Positions 51,301 to 64,000 of a stretch of DNA of 64,000 nucleotides are shown piece after piece (positions within the stretch are counted from its first letter, which is position 1; each line of letters begins with the position of its first letter). A program made the position numbers and the translations under genes. Source of the stretch: Carcharhinus amblyrhynchos. Taxonomy: Eukaryota. The stretch covers positions 44,516,001 to 44,580,000 of the forward strand of contig OZ336889.1 in assembly GCA_965287045.1 (NCBI GenBank). The letters are read 5' to 3'. The notes under the pieces are model-generated. The model was not told where the DNA came from. It saw nothing but the letters and a program-made list of their open reading frames with translations, and searched no databases.

Positions 51301-54300
51301 GCAGTGCTAACCACTGAGCCGCCCGACTGCTCATACTTTCTGGATTGGCGTTGGTCCTTGACACGGTTCTACACACGGCCCAACAGTTCTCCATTGCTAA
51401 TCAGTTCCTTGGGCCTATTCACATGATGTGGTTCCATTATTATTTATCAGACAATATCCACAGATTTGTCTGCAATGGCTTCTCTTCCTGCTCCCATGCC
51501 ACCAACTCAACAATATGTCCCTGGCCCCATTCTTCTTCCCATCCACATGCTCCCTCGTGTAGGCATCATCTGAAAGCACATCAGGCTTTTTATGCACTCT
51601 GAAAGCACGAAGCTCTATCTCACCACCGCTTCACTGAACGATTCTTCTGTGATGATGAGAAATCTCCTCCAAACTATTGGGAAGAATGCATTCGTTGCGT
51701 GGCGAGGGCACCTTTGACCTATTGAGGCCCTTAAGTGACCTATTTAGAATCAGTCAAGTGTTTCATCCTGTCCGCACTACAATTAGTCCCCTGGCTGGGA
51801 CCGGACTATGTCAAGACAATAATCTAACAGCCGGAGGTTAGTGTTGGTGCCCGGCAAGGGGAACTCCGCCACTCCCCTCAGTGGGATTTGCAAATCGGCT
51901 GCACCAAAGCCCCAAGAACCTCTGTTATTTGGCCGACATCAGGTTTCATCTTTCGAGACCAGTTGTAATCCGAACTGTCGCCACCGCTGGAACCTACAGT
52001 GTTGCTGCACTAACGGTTGGCCGTCAGTCCTCCGAGGTGGTAACTCCTCCGCAGAAGGGTGTGCATGTCTTGCCTATGGCTGATCTCTGCGGCCACCATA
52101 TATCCAATGACTGCGGAGCACACAGAATGAGCGGGGAAGTGAGTTGGCGGAGCAGACAAACCGACTCTCCCAGAGACCCTGCCCTTGCAACTGAAGGCTC
52201 CAGCCCGATGTTTGCCCTGGCTGTGAAATCCAGATTAGACTCAGGATCAGTGGACAATTGTTTAGGATAGAACAAAGAGAAGTGACGATGGCCAGTTAAT
52301 CCAAGGCATTCTCTCGCCAAAATCTTTCAATTGTTCCTCGCTTCACATGTAATTTCTATTGACATTTAGCAGAGACTTCCGAATCTTTTCCGTTATCATT
52401 TAGACTTTTGCATTCCTAATCATAAAAACTGGCTTCGTAACTTTAAAGAAAAAGATGTGTACACAGAATGGATTAACACCTGGTTCCCTCCAAAGGGAAA
52501 CACAATTGAAAACTAACTTCGGAACATTATGTTGAGCTCAGTTCCCAAACATTTCACAGAAGAATAGAACACAAAATTACTACTGACCCAGTGTGCTCTT
52601 TGAAAGATCTATCCATGGAACCGCACTCCAGAGCACGATTAGCATTTCATGCAGACATCGGTTTCATTAATCTATCCGATCTTCATCCTGAAGTTAGAAT
52701 TGGATCGGTTTCCTGTGCTCTTCCAGACAAATTCGGATCAACAAAACTCATTGCATATATTTTCATCTGGCACCTTTGGAGACGCAATTTTCACTCTGTT
52801 TCTGTCTGCACAGATGCTTCCAGACCAGTTGAATGCTTCCCCGAATACTCTGGGGTTTTTAGTTACTTTGGCACTGTGGCACAGTGCTTAGCATTGCTAA
52901 TTCTCCCTCAGTGTACCCAAACAGGTGCCGGAGTGTAGCAACTGGGGGATTTGACAATAATTTTATTGCGGTGTTAATGTGCGACTACTCGTGACACTAA
53001 TACATCAATTTCAAATTGTAAAGTTAAACGATAAAAAAACGTTCAACGAGTGGGCGACAGTTCGATGGAAATTGAGTCTGGGGAACTTGTGGCGAACAAA
53101 AGGATTGCAGATGAAGAGAACAGGCATTTTGCTTTAGTCTTCATTGTAGAGGATACAAGTTGTACCGTAGAAGTAGCTGTAGAGCAGGAAATTAGAATGA
53201 CATTAAGAACGTTGTTCAAGATGTCGGTTGCTAAGTCCTCACATCCTGATGGCTTTCACCGAAGGTCTTATAAGAAGTGACAAATGAGACAATTGATAGG
53301 CTGGTTGTAATGTTCCAAAATTCCCCAGATTCTGGGAAGTGTTCGTTAGATTGGGAAGAGCGACCGCAGTACCTTAATGCAATAGGCAAAAACGACCTAT
53401 AGCAGGAAACAATATATTTTCGAAGAACAACACCAGTTAGCTGAACGTGTGACATATAAGGAAAATGTTAGCAGCGGTTATTAAGTTTTGATAGCAGGGC
53501 ACATAAGTAAAATCACGATAATCAGATAGAACCAACACAGTTTTGTCAAAGGGAAGTCATGTTCAATCAATTTACTGGAATGATTTGAAGAAGTAACAAG
53601 CTGTGGATAAAGGGGAGCAAGTGGATGTACTGTACTTTACAGTGAGCATTTGATCAGATGTCACTGCAAAGGGCATTGCGGAAAATAAGAATTTATCGTG
53701 TGGGAGCATGGACAGAAAATTTGCGAGCGAATAGGAAACAGAGAGTAGACAAAAGAGACAATTTTGTGATTCGCAAGATGTCGGGAGTGGTGTGCTACAG
53801 TGATCGGTGCTGTGGCCTCAACTCTTTACAATTTATATAAATAATGGTATATTTTCAGTGTGGTACCCGTTATGTTCTAGCTGTCTGCTACGTTTTACAT
53901 ACGCTCTGATAGTCGCCTCTTCTTCCCCCAAACTCCTTCACTCCTGGCCTCTAATTCTCATCTGTAAATACCTCCGTAAATGAAAACAAAACTTCAGCCA
54001 ATGCCGCTTTGGCCTTACTTCGCAGTTATTTTTGGAACGATTTCAGGTGAACGGGCTTTTTCTGTAACACGTAAACCAGTCTGGAATGGAGATTCATTAT
54101 CAATAGAGCTGCTAACAACGTGTCACCAATATGGCTGGTCATGTATTGTGCACGTTTCCCTAATAAACAAATGTTTTTTGATTTGATTTGATTTATTACT
54201 GTTTTATATAATAGTACACAGTGATAAGTATTCTTTCTTACATGCTTTACCGACAAAGCATACCGTTCATAGAGAAGGAAAGGAGAGAGTGCAGAATGTA

Positions 54301-57300
54301 GTGTAACAGTCATAGCTAGGGTGAAGAGAAACATCAACTTAATGCGAGATAGGTCCATTCAAAAATCTGAGGGCAGCAGGGAAGAAGCTGTTCTTAACTT
54401 GGTTGGTGCGTGTCTTCAGAGTTCAGTATCTTTCTGGCGATGGAAAACGTGGAGTCGCAAATGTACTCAATAAGGATGCCAGATTTCCTGCCGGGAATGA
54501 TGTTAATTAAGTGAATTTTTTTTTCAGCAATTCAGTAGTTTCATGATTAACATTATTATAACTGGTTTTGTTCAAGATTTATTGCCAGATACCATGATGG
54601 GATTTAGAATCATTGCTTGTTCCTGGACTCTGCAGAACTAATCCGGCAATTAGTCGCCAGTCTACACTTTCCGGCATGCTTTAGGTGTTGGTTCCTGCTC
54701 TCTTGTTTGAGACTGCGCCTGCACCTGTCTTCGAAGCGTTTGAAATGCATCATAAAAGTACGGATCGGATTTACGCTTAATTTACTACAGACTGAACACT
54801 GCTTCACCCAACACAGCAGTGAGAATAACCCTTATGCAGGAATGGTGTTTTCTTTCTTCAAAATTGCTGCCAGATCTCCCGAATTTATCCTGAATTTTGT
54901 GTTATAATTATCATTTCAACCTCCCTGTTTTCTACTGGACTATGCGCAATAGATGAAAGAAGTCGAAACCGAATTTCAATGAACCTGTGCGCGTGTTGCT
55001 GCTGAACCAGCAGATGGCAATAGTGTACTTGGTATACCAAGGACCGTGTTATTCCATGAAGTGTATACAAAATATCAATTCCTGGCAAAATACCTGGACT
55101 CTTGGAAAATAGGGATTTGGACATGAAAGTCGTTTTCAGAATATTCTCATTAGGTATTGTCAATTAATTTGGATGTTTCATGAGTTCCCCTTTTTAATGG
55201 TGAATGCCCATAATATCAGATAATCCGAATGATTAGAAACAGGAAGAAACCAGTGTCACTAAATGTGTTACTATCACTTCCTTTCCTGCGTCATTCACTA
55301 AAGATAATGCTGACAGCGCCACATTAATGGATCCGAAGATTCAGAAATTTGGTAGGATAAAAATAGACAAAAAGGGCACAAATACGAATCATACGATCAT
55401 GTGAATTGGAACGAAGATCAGGCCGAAGATCATGACTCATGAGGCCATGGGCTCGACCCCACATTCGATCCACCCCTATGGTCTTTGGGGCCCTTTTCAG
55501 TCAGAAATCTATCGAATTCTGCATTTTTTAATGGGATGTGGGCATCGCTGGTTCGACCAGCATTTATTCCTCACCGCTAATTCCCCTGGAGATGATGGTG
55601 GTGAACTGCTTTGTTGAATCAGCGCAGTCCCTGTGGTCTAAGTAAGCAATATATCCCCAGGTCAGATTGCGAATGAGTTGGAGGAGAGCGCTAAGGTGGT
55701 GGTGTTCCCATGTGTCTGCTGCCTTTGTTCTTCTGGGCGGTAGAGGTGTGATTTTGTAAGGTGTTACCCATGGATATTGGATGGGTTTTTGCAGTGCATC
55801 GCGCCGATGGTGCTCACTCCTGCCACTGTTCATCGTGACGGGGCAGTTTGTCGAACAGGTGCCAGTCAAGATTTCTCGTGGATAGTGTGAATCTCTAGAA
55901 AGTTATAGAAGTTGCACTCTCCTGGCTAGTGCAAATATTCCATCACAATCCTGACTTGTGCTTCGCAAACGGTGGACAGGTTTGGCGAGTAAGGAAGTGA
56001 GATACATGCCACAGGTTTCATGAATTCTGACCTGCTCTTGTAGCCACCATATTTAAATGTCAAGACCTGTTCAGTTTCTGGTCAATGGTCGGCCTTAGGA
56101 AATCGATAGTGACGGCATTACCGTTGAATGTCAAGGGATAATGATTAGTTGTTGGAGGTGGTCATTTCTAGGCACTACTTTGTCACGAAGGATACTTGCC
56201 ACTTGCCAGCCCAAGCTTGGATGTTGCCCTGGACTTGCTGCATTTGGACATTCACGGTTTTCAGTCTCTGAGGATGCGGGATGGTATTGTACGGCATGTG
56301 ATCATCCCCATTGCTGACATTATGATGCAAGGAACGTTACTGATAGAGCAGCTGAAGATAGTTGGGCCGAGGATACCACCTTGAGAAACTCCTAGGATTC
56401 CATCTTGAGAAGTGTGCAAATTAGAGGATTGAACTCCAACCACAGCAAAACCCTTCCTCTGTGCCAGGTATGACTGCAGCTAGCGTAGAATTTTCCCTCT
56501 GAATCTAATTGACTCCATTATTCCTCGAGCTCCTTAATTCCACCCGTGCTGCCTTGACGTCAAAGGCAGTCACTTCACATCTGACATTCAATTACTCTTG
56601 TCCATGTTTGACTCAAGGATGTAATGAAGTCAGGCGCTGAGTGACTAACGGAATCCAAACTATGTGTCAGTGAGTAGGTTCCTGCTAAGTTCCTGCCGTT
56701 TGATTGCGCTGTTAATGACCTCTTCCATCAACTTGCTGATGATCTGGAGTGGCCTGATGGCTGATGAATAAGGTTGGAGATGCCCTTCTTTTTGCATAGA
56801 GGACATAACTGGGCAATTTTCTGCAATGACGGGTAGATGCCAATGTTGTAGATGTACTGAAACAAATTGACTGGCAGGGCCGCATGGTTTGGAGCACAAG
56901 TCTTCAGGACAGTGGACAGAATATTGTTAGGGCCCAAAGCCTTTGCAATTTCCAACGCGTTTGGACATTTCTTGGTATCAGGTGGAGTGAATTGAATTGG
57001 CTGAAGCTTGACATCCGCGATGTTGACCATTTCTTTAGAAGGCCAAGATGGAACATTCACTTCGCACATGTGACAAAAGATTGTTGCGAAGGCTTTAGCC
57101 TTATCTTTTTCACTGATCATTGAGGATGGGCACATTTGTGATGTCTTCTCCTCCAGTGAGTTGTTTAATTATCCACTACCATTCACAATGGTAAAGAGGG
57201 TTCCACAGGCTAATGGTTCTCACGGAAAATGAAATTCTCTTTATCTCCATCTCAACTGGAAAACCTTCTATTTTAGTTCATGTCCCCTCCTTCTAGTCTC

Positions 57301-60300
57301 CTTGGAGGGGAGGCACTTCCTCAGCATTCACCATCTCAACTTCCCTCAGGATAGTAGATGTTTCGGCAGGATCACCTCGAATTCTTCTAGATTCTAATGG
57401 GTACGAGACCCAACTGTCCAACCGTTCCCTATATGATATCCCTTTCATCTGATGGGCAAACCTTTCTCCGAATGTTGCTGGTGCTATTGTATCCATTCTG
57501 AGGTACGCGGGCTAACAGGAAAGTACTTTAGATGTGCTCGCGACAAAGCACGACAAATTTGTAGCGAATCTTCCCTACTTTTATATTCCATCCCACATGC
57601 AACATTGCATTTGCTTTCCTAATCACTTACAGCTTCATGCTCAAGTTTTGTGAATCACGTTCCAGGGCACCCAGATCCCGCAGTGCTGCAGACCTTTGCA
57701 CTCTCATCTACGTGTGAATAATTTGCTGCTTTCCATTCTTCCTGTCAAAGTGGACCAATTCGCATTTCACCACATTGTACTCCACTTGTTCCTTTTTACC
57801 ACTCACGTAGCCTATCTCAATCCCTTTCTATGCCAATTATGATAACTTCACAATTTTCTTTCCCTCCTGTACTAAAGTCGTGAGAAAAAGTTGCAATCAA
57901 TCCGTCCCATCATTCATGTCATTTCTATAAATTGAGAATAGTTGAGGCCCCAGCTGTAATCCTCCGATACACCGCCCATTCCCCCCTCAACAGAAAAATG
58001 GCTCAGTTACCCCACCTCTCTGTTTCTGTAAGGCAACCAGTCTTCGATTCCTGATGAATATTATCCCATATATGATGATCTCCTATTTGGCATTTCATAA
58101 TGTATCTTTGAAACTGTTTCTTATTAAATACGTTTTGGAAATCCATGTCTACTGGTTCCTCTTTATTCACGTTACTAATAAGTTGCTCCAGTCTGTATAG
58201 GAAATTAGTACAGTATGGCTTCATTTATACAAATATATATGTTGGCTCTGCACAATTGCAAGTGCCGTGCGATAACCTTCTAATAATAGATTTGAGCATT
58301 TAACTTTTGACAGATGTTAGGCTAATTGGCTTGCAGTTACATGTTTTCAGTTTCTTTCTTTTCTTGAGTAGAGGAGTTAGATATGCTATTTCCCAATCTC
58401 TTGGAGTAATAAAATAACTACAATGCAGACGGAGGCCAATCGGCCCTTCGCGTCTGCATCTACTCTCCCTAAGGGTATCTTACCCAGCTCTATCATGCCC
58501 TAATGACTTGACAGCCTTTAGTTCTGACCGCTTTCTCAGTAGCATTGACCTGGTGGTTGTAATTGCTTTATGTTCCTCGTTCCCTTCTCCCTCTTCACCT
58601 GTAAGTATTTCTGGGACATTATTTCCTTATTCTACAGCAAGGCAGAGAAAATATATCAATTCTTCTGCCATTTCCTCATTTCGCATACTGGATTTTCGAC
58701 ATTCCTTTTCCAGAGTAACCACTCTTATTTCAGTGAGCATTTTCCTTTTTAAAAGCATGTTGCTATTCTTACATTCTTTTAATATATCCAGCTAACATTC
58801 TCTCATACTCTAAGTTCTCCTTTGTCATTACTTTATTTGTCAATCTTTGTCGGTTTTTATATTCTTCCCAATCTTTAGCTCTGCCACTAATCGCAAACTT
58901 TTACTCTTTTGCTTCCACTCGGGCGCAATCATTGGAGATGTTGGGACTTTAACATCTCCATGAAGTAGGCCCGCTTTCTGTCTGATATTTCAGCTGCATA
59001 CCGTCTTCAGTCAACTTTAACCTGTATTCCTGGCCCTATGCCAATCATTTTCCGATTCGACTCACAGGCCATGAGGGTGGTTCCTCTCTCGCTGCTCCTG
59101 TCTTGTTGTATTAAACTGAACTAGTGTCTGTCTCCCTTCCTCTCTCCACTCTGCAGATGTCAACTCTGTGCATTCCACCCACAGGCAAGGGCTTAAACCT
59201 CTCACTCTCTGGGTACTGACTGCACTACATGACGTGAATCTGAGACATATCCTTTCAGTTAATGCCCTGCGATCTTTTTCAGCCTAACAACTTTAATGAT
59301 CTGTTCCTGATCCCCCTGCCTGACCGCCGCATGGAAATTTTCCCACTAATGGTAAAATTTTAATATTCCTTCCCCACTCTTCATTCTGTCGACACGGGGG
59401 TCAGTAAAATTCCAACAACCGAGTCCAAATGCAAGCAAATATGTTAACCCTTTTATCTTTGTTAGACCCCAGCTACAGTATTAGTCCAATTCTTGACAAT
59501 GTTCTTCCAAAGTATTTCAGAGCTTTGGAGAGTGTGCAGGAAGGTGTATTAGCATGTTTCCAGCGATATAAGTCCTCAGTTAGATGTAAAGACGAGAAAC
59601 GTGGAGTTGTTCTCCTTAGACCCGCACAGTAGATTTGATAAAGATGTTCTTAAAGGTGTTGGATAAAGAAAGTCGGAGCTGCTTCAAAAGTCGGAAGTTT
59701 GATCACCAGAAGGCAAACATCTGAAATAACCTGTGAACAGCAACAGGAACAGAAGAGGGCTGGTGGTGGGTTAATATGTTCCGACTCTTAATGAGCTGGA
59801 GACAACTGGATCAAGGGCTGGCGGAAGAGGATTTAACAATCCCTGTCAAAAAGGTGGAAAATATGTGGAAGGCTGGAGTAAGATCAAGACAGAAATTCCA
59901 GTTGTATCGCTCCTTTACAGAACCGACATGGATGCGATGGGCTGATTGCCCTCTTTCTGCGATCAACCTTCTCGAATTCTTTATACTGACACAACTGCCT
60001 CTGCACCGCGATCGGCAGCTCTCCAGGCGAAGGAATTAATTCATTTCTTCCCGTTCTCCGCTGTGCGCCTCAGCTGCATAACCAAAATGTTACTTCTCAC
60101 AATTGTTCAAGGACACATGGGATGAAGGTGTCTGACAAGCTAAGGCTATCAACATTGAAAGGGCTTGCCAGATTTTGTTTAATTTTTCAAATGAGGGAGC
60201 AATAGCACATTGTTCGATGGCTTCTGCAATACTGTCGTCCGGCGGGAGGAGAGGGTGGTGTTGAGGGGGAGGGTAACTGGTCATCAGAAATCTGATTTTA

Positions 60301-60584
60301 AAAACTGCTATTTTCAGCTCATTCCGATGTCGGCAAATGCATTGACATTCTCAAACTCATTGTTTCCTATGACAGCAAATATGCCCCTCAAATCAAACAA
60401 CGAAAGTCATGCGAAAGCTCTGTTTCCGAGAGCATTTCACTTTGCCAAGGCTTAACTCACTGTGTATGCCGTGGGTTTCCAACACTTGAATAAAGCTGAG
60501 GGGGCAGTCTTGGCACTTAATCACATTCTAGGTAGGTACTAAAATGTTCTTCGGGACTTGTCTATCATTCACTCACTTAGCATA

Positions 60585-60790
60585 GCCATCTATATATGTA
60601 TCTACCTACCTATCTGACTATCTATCTCCATCCCTCTATCTATCTGTCTGCCTCTCCATCTATCCATCCATTCATCTATCTATCTACCTGTCGATCCATC
60701 TATCTGTTTCTCTGTCTATCAATCTATCCATCAATCTAGCTATCTATCTATCTGTCTATCTATCTATCTATCTATCTATCTATCCATCAA
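60585..60790. repeat. (TCTA/TCCA/TCTG)n microsatellite upstream of cluster 4
   Basis: Direct inspection. Confidence 0.9.
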
Positions 60791-61150
60791 TCGCGAAAAG
60801 CCAATAAGGAGCGTGGGCTTACGCCTCTCTGTGTGCACATGAAATCTCAACTCACAGTTTTCGTCTTTAATTTATTCACCAAGGACGTTACGCCTATTAA
60901 ACAGCTCACTGCCCGCAACATTTATTTATTGTAATCGGCAGGTTCCAGAGATCAAGCCACGATTCATTTAATCTGTTTTATGTTTCACTGCACCGTTTGT
61001 TTTTTTCTGGGGGGAGGGATGTTGGGTATTGAGCCATTTTACATGCTATTCTGCGACTTGGGAGGTTTATATTTCTTCATTTCCAAAATGGCTGACGTGC
61101 TCATTCTGCAAATATCAGACAATACCGAAATGGAGATCTTCGGCCTAATA

Positions 61151-61172
61151 TCACGTGCCAGGAAATTTGCAT
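61151..61172 (+). promoter_or_regulatory. Cluster 4 promoter: E-box TCACGTGC plus octamer ATTTGCAT (61165-61172)
   Basis: Same arrangement as the others; the 3' flank of the E-box differs (A>C). Confidence 0.85.
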
Positions 61173-61293
61173 ACCTAATTCATATTCATTCGCCCTGCGG
61201 TGTTTGAGTCTTTTTAAGGAGAGGTTGGAATGGACTCAGAAGCGCGTTCGTGTCAGGATTTATTTTCCTTCTTCCTCTCCCCAAACCTTCACC

Positions 61294-61342
61294 ATGACAC
61301 AATCGATTGGAGTTCTCGCCGCACTGATACTCTGTTTCCACA
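61294..61342 (+). CDS. IgL cluster 4 exon 1, signal peptide
   Basis: Same leader peptide; donor at 61343. Confidence 0.93.
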
Positions 61343-61482
61343 GTAAGTACGGGCGTCGGCCTGAAGTAACGCTCATTTTCTTCACATTATCTATTTCTGC
61401 GCCTGTGTTTTAACGAACCTGAATTGTGAGCTATATTCAACATTTCACAGTGTGTGACTGACAATACTTTGCATTTCACCAG

Positions 61483-61833
61483 GTACAATTGCGGATCCTG
61501 TCCTGACCCAACCAGGATCCATTTCGTCCTCACCGGGAAAGACCGTCACCATCACTTGCACCCTGTCCGGAGGCACCATTAGCAGCTACTACGCGAGCTG
61601 GTACTGGCAGAAACCCGACAGCGCCCCTGTGCTTGTTTGGTCCGAGAGCGATGGTATGGCTTCGGGTATTCCGAATCGATTCGCCGGGTCTGTGGACTCA
61701 TCGAGTAACAAGATGCATTTAACCATCACCAACGTGCAATCGGAGGACGCTGCAGATTATTACTGTGCTGCTGCTGCGAGCAGCAGTCCATATAGATGCA
61801 TTTTCGGGAGTGGAACGAAGTTGAATCTGGGCA
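61483..61833 (+). CDS. IGLV: IgL cluster 4 exon 2, germline-joined VJ (CDR1 GGTISSYYAS; CDR3 AAAASSSPYRCI); C exon expected beyond the window end
   Basis: Intact splice sites, open frame, V and J motifs. Confidence 0.95.
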
Positions 61834-64000
61834 GTAAGTAAATCACTTAACTCTCCTCTAACATTTGTGACGCTTTCTCAATAACAAAATGTATTTGGAA
61901 ACGGTCGGATAGGTGGACTGAATTAGTGCAAATCAAAATGATTGCTCCTAAAATATTGTTATGGGGGATCTTTGATTCAGCAGCAAATGATATTGCAGTG
62001 ATAGCTGGGCTCAGAACTTCGGCGATTTTCTGGAGTGTGTGCTGTTATGTGATAGGGTAAAGGGGCATTTCAGTTACGAGTGAAACTCATTTCACTGGAA
62101 GCTTCCGGTCTGATCTGCTGGGACTGTGCAGAATTTTGAACCATCTGATCCAGCCGGCAGTGCGAGGAGATGATTGAGAATGCGATTGCTAGAAAGATGG
62201 AATGTTTCCCTTCGCTTAGCCAGTGTTAGGAGTGGAGTACCCCAGCTGTATGAACACTGCGAGCGGAACTATAATTAGCAAGACGATAAACATTTGAAAA
62301 GTGAAAAAACAGGCATGCAAATGAGCTAAATGGGGAAGTTTGTACAAGCTACAATCGGCCACCTAGTGTGGTCTATAATTCCATGATTGTATGAAGGGAC
62401 ACAGTGGTTCAGGTTCTTTCATACTCTGCCCCTGTAGTCTGGTTTAAAGGGTTAGAATTGCATTCAAAGCGTTTACATCAGGCTGTTTCATTCCATTTAA
62501 AGCAAGATTGCATTATGTTTGCGGAATTATAGTGTGGTGACTGGGTGCGACTCACTCCCACTGGTCCCCAAACTCACTGAAAACCGTTCAGTACAAGATT
62601 CTCAGCCAAATATTTTGCATTAATCCCGGGTGTGCAAAATAACCATATTGTTGCCGGAATTCCGCCAGTCATAATCGACCCTGATTGTTACTGGATCACA
62701 TAGTAACAAACATCAATGATGTGCGGAATATTTGATTTCTTCGGAAATTACGGTTCATTTTCTTCCCATCCAATCAGTTGTTTTGGAATGTCTCGGAATA
62801 CGGTTGTCAGGTTTTTGAGTATTGTTGTGGACTCGTTCAGATTGTTGTTGGTTCTGTGACTGTCAGTTAGTAGTAATAGAACAAAAGATGGAGATTACTG
62901 CCAATATTGATTCATGAGATGTGATCAGAAAGGTAACATTCATTTCACCACCCCCATCTCCCACGCCTATCATCCACGGATACAGTGACGGTGAGCCGCA
63001 TTATCAAACCGATGTCGTCCATGTGTCATAGGTACACCGCAGAGCTGTTAGGAAGGGAGTTAAGAGGTTTTGGCCAGGCGACAGTGAAGGAAAGGCGGTA
63101 CAGTTCTACTTTGGTATGCTGTGTGGCTTGTTGGGGGTTTGCCACCTGGTGTTGTAGCCGTGCATCTGGTGCCCGTGTGTTCGTCCAGTGGAAGACATGG
63201 CTGGTTTGGAAGCTGTTGTCGGAGTTCCGGCAGTGTACCTTATAGATATCCACACTGCAGCTCCTGTACGTCAATGAGGGAGAAAAGCAATATAATATAT
63301 TCGCAAAATCATAGAATGGTATATCTTTGGAAAATTGTTGCAGTCTAGTTGGCCAATCGTGTCTGCACTGGTTCACAAGGAACAATCTAACATTTATTCA
63401 TTAGCCTTTAAATTACACACTCTATGTTCGTTTAAGTGTCCATTAATTTGCCAATAACAGCCTCTCCGGCAGTAGGTTCCACATCCTCTAAACCCTCTGC
63501 GTGAAACGATTCCCTTCCAATCTCCGCGAAACCTTCTACTTCTAACGGCAAATCCAAGTCCTGTTCTTATCGACCCCTCAACCATTGGCAATACTGTTTT
63601 CCGATCCATTCTGCCCAGACACCTCAGAATATTATGCCTTCAATTGGGTTTATTTTCAGCCTCGTCTGTTCCGAAGAAAAGGGACAATTCAATACTTACT
63701 TATAACTAAATATTCCATTCCAGCCGACATCCCTCTAGATCTTCCTGTACTCGTTCTCGTACAATTACATTTTTCCTATGCATCTTTCCAGCAGTTTCAG
63801 CATAACCTCAAAGTTCTAACAATCTCTACCTCAGCTTATAAATGTAAATGCCTCCTATGCCTTCTTTGCTACTATATCCAGTTGCTCAGCCGCCTTCAGA
63901 ATCTGTGGACCTGCGTTTTCTGTTCACTAATTTTCTCTACATTTCTCGGCATTTTCCCATCTGTACAGTGTACTCGCTTGTCTTGTTGGTTTTCCTGAAG

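Larger units (their letters stand above)
42551..60790 (+). repeat. Complete ~18.25 kb tandem repeat unit carrying IgL cluster 3
   Basis: ATG-to-ATG spacing to cluster 4 is 18258 bp; colinear spacer content. Confidence 0.92.

Noticed and set aside
1-64000. Prokaryotic systems (CRISPR arrays, operons, defence islands)
   Set aside because: Spliced vertebrate Ig genes and vertebrate retroelements throughout; no regular short repeat-spacer array seen

Overview
This is eukaryotic (cartilaginous fish) genomic DNA containing a head-to-tail tandem array of immunoglobulin light-chain mini-loci of the shark lambda-like type (type II/NS3), in which V and J are already joined in the germline. The protein closely resembles carcharhinid (sandbar-type) shark lambda chains as I recall them; this was not checked against a database. 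There are four clusters on the + strand, with leader ATGs at 186, 24630, 43036 and 61294. Each has an E-box/octamer promoter, a 49-nt leader exon, a fused VJ exon with no RSS, a ~4.3-4.5 kb intron and a single C exon; the C exon of cluster 4 lies beyond the window. Clusters 1 and 2 are intact. Cluster 3 has an intact VJ but a nonsense codon in C. The basic repeat unit is ~18.3 kb. Unit 1 is 24.4 kb because a ~7.07 kb gene-less spacer block occurs twice. Spacers consist mostly of decayed CR1-type and other LINEs, a tRNA-derived SINE and a (TCTA/TCTG)n microsatellite, so nearly all other ORFs in the track are spurious or retroelement debris. The locus class is known. The points worth follow-up are CDR-focused, patchwork germline diversification, a possible higher-order (3-cluster) repeat, a candidate intronic enhancer, an invariant hairpin element upstream of the clusters, and the birth-and-death rearrangements. 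All coordinates and counts were made by eye.
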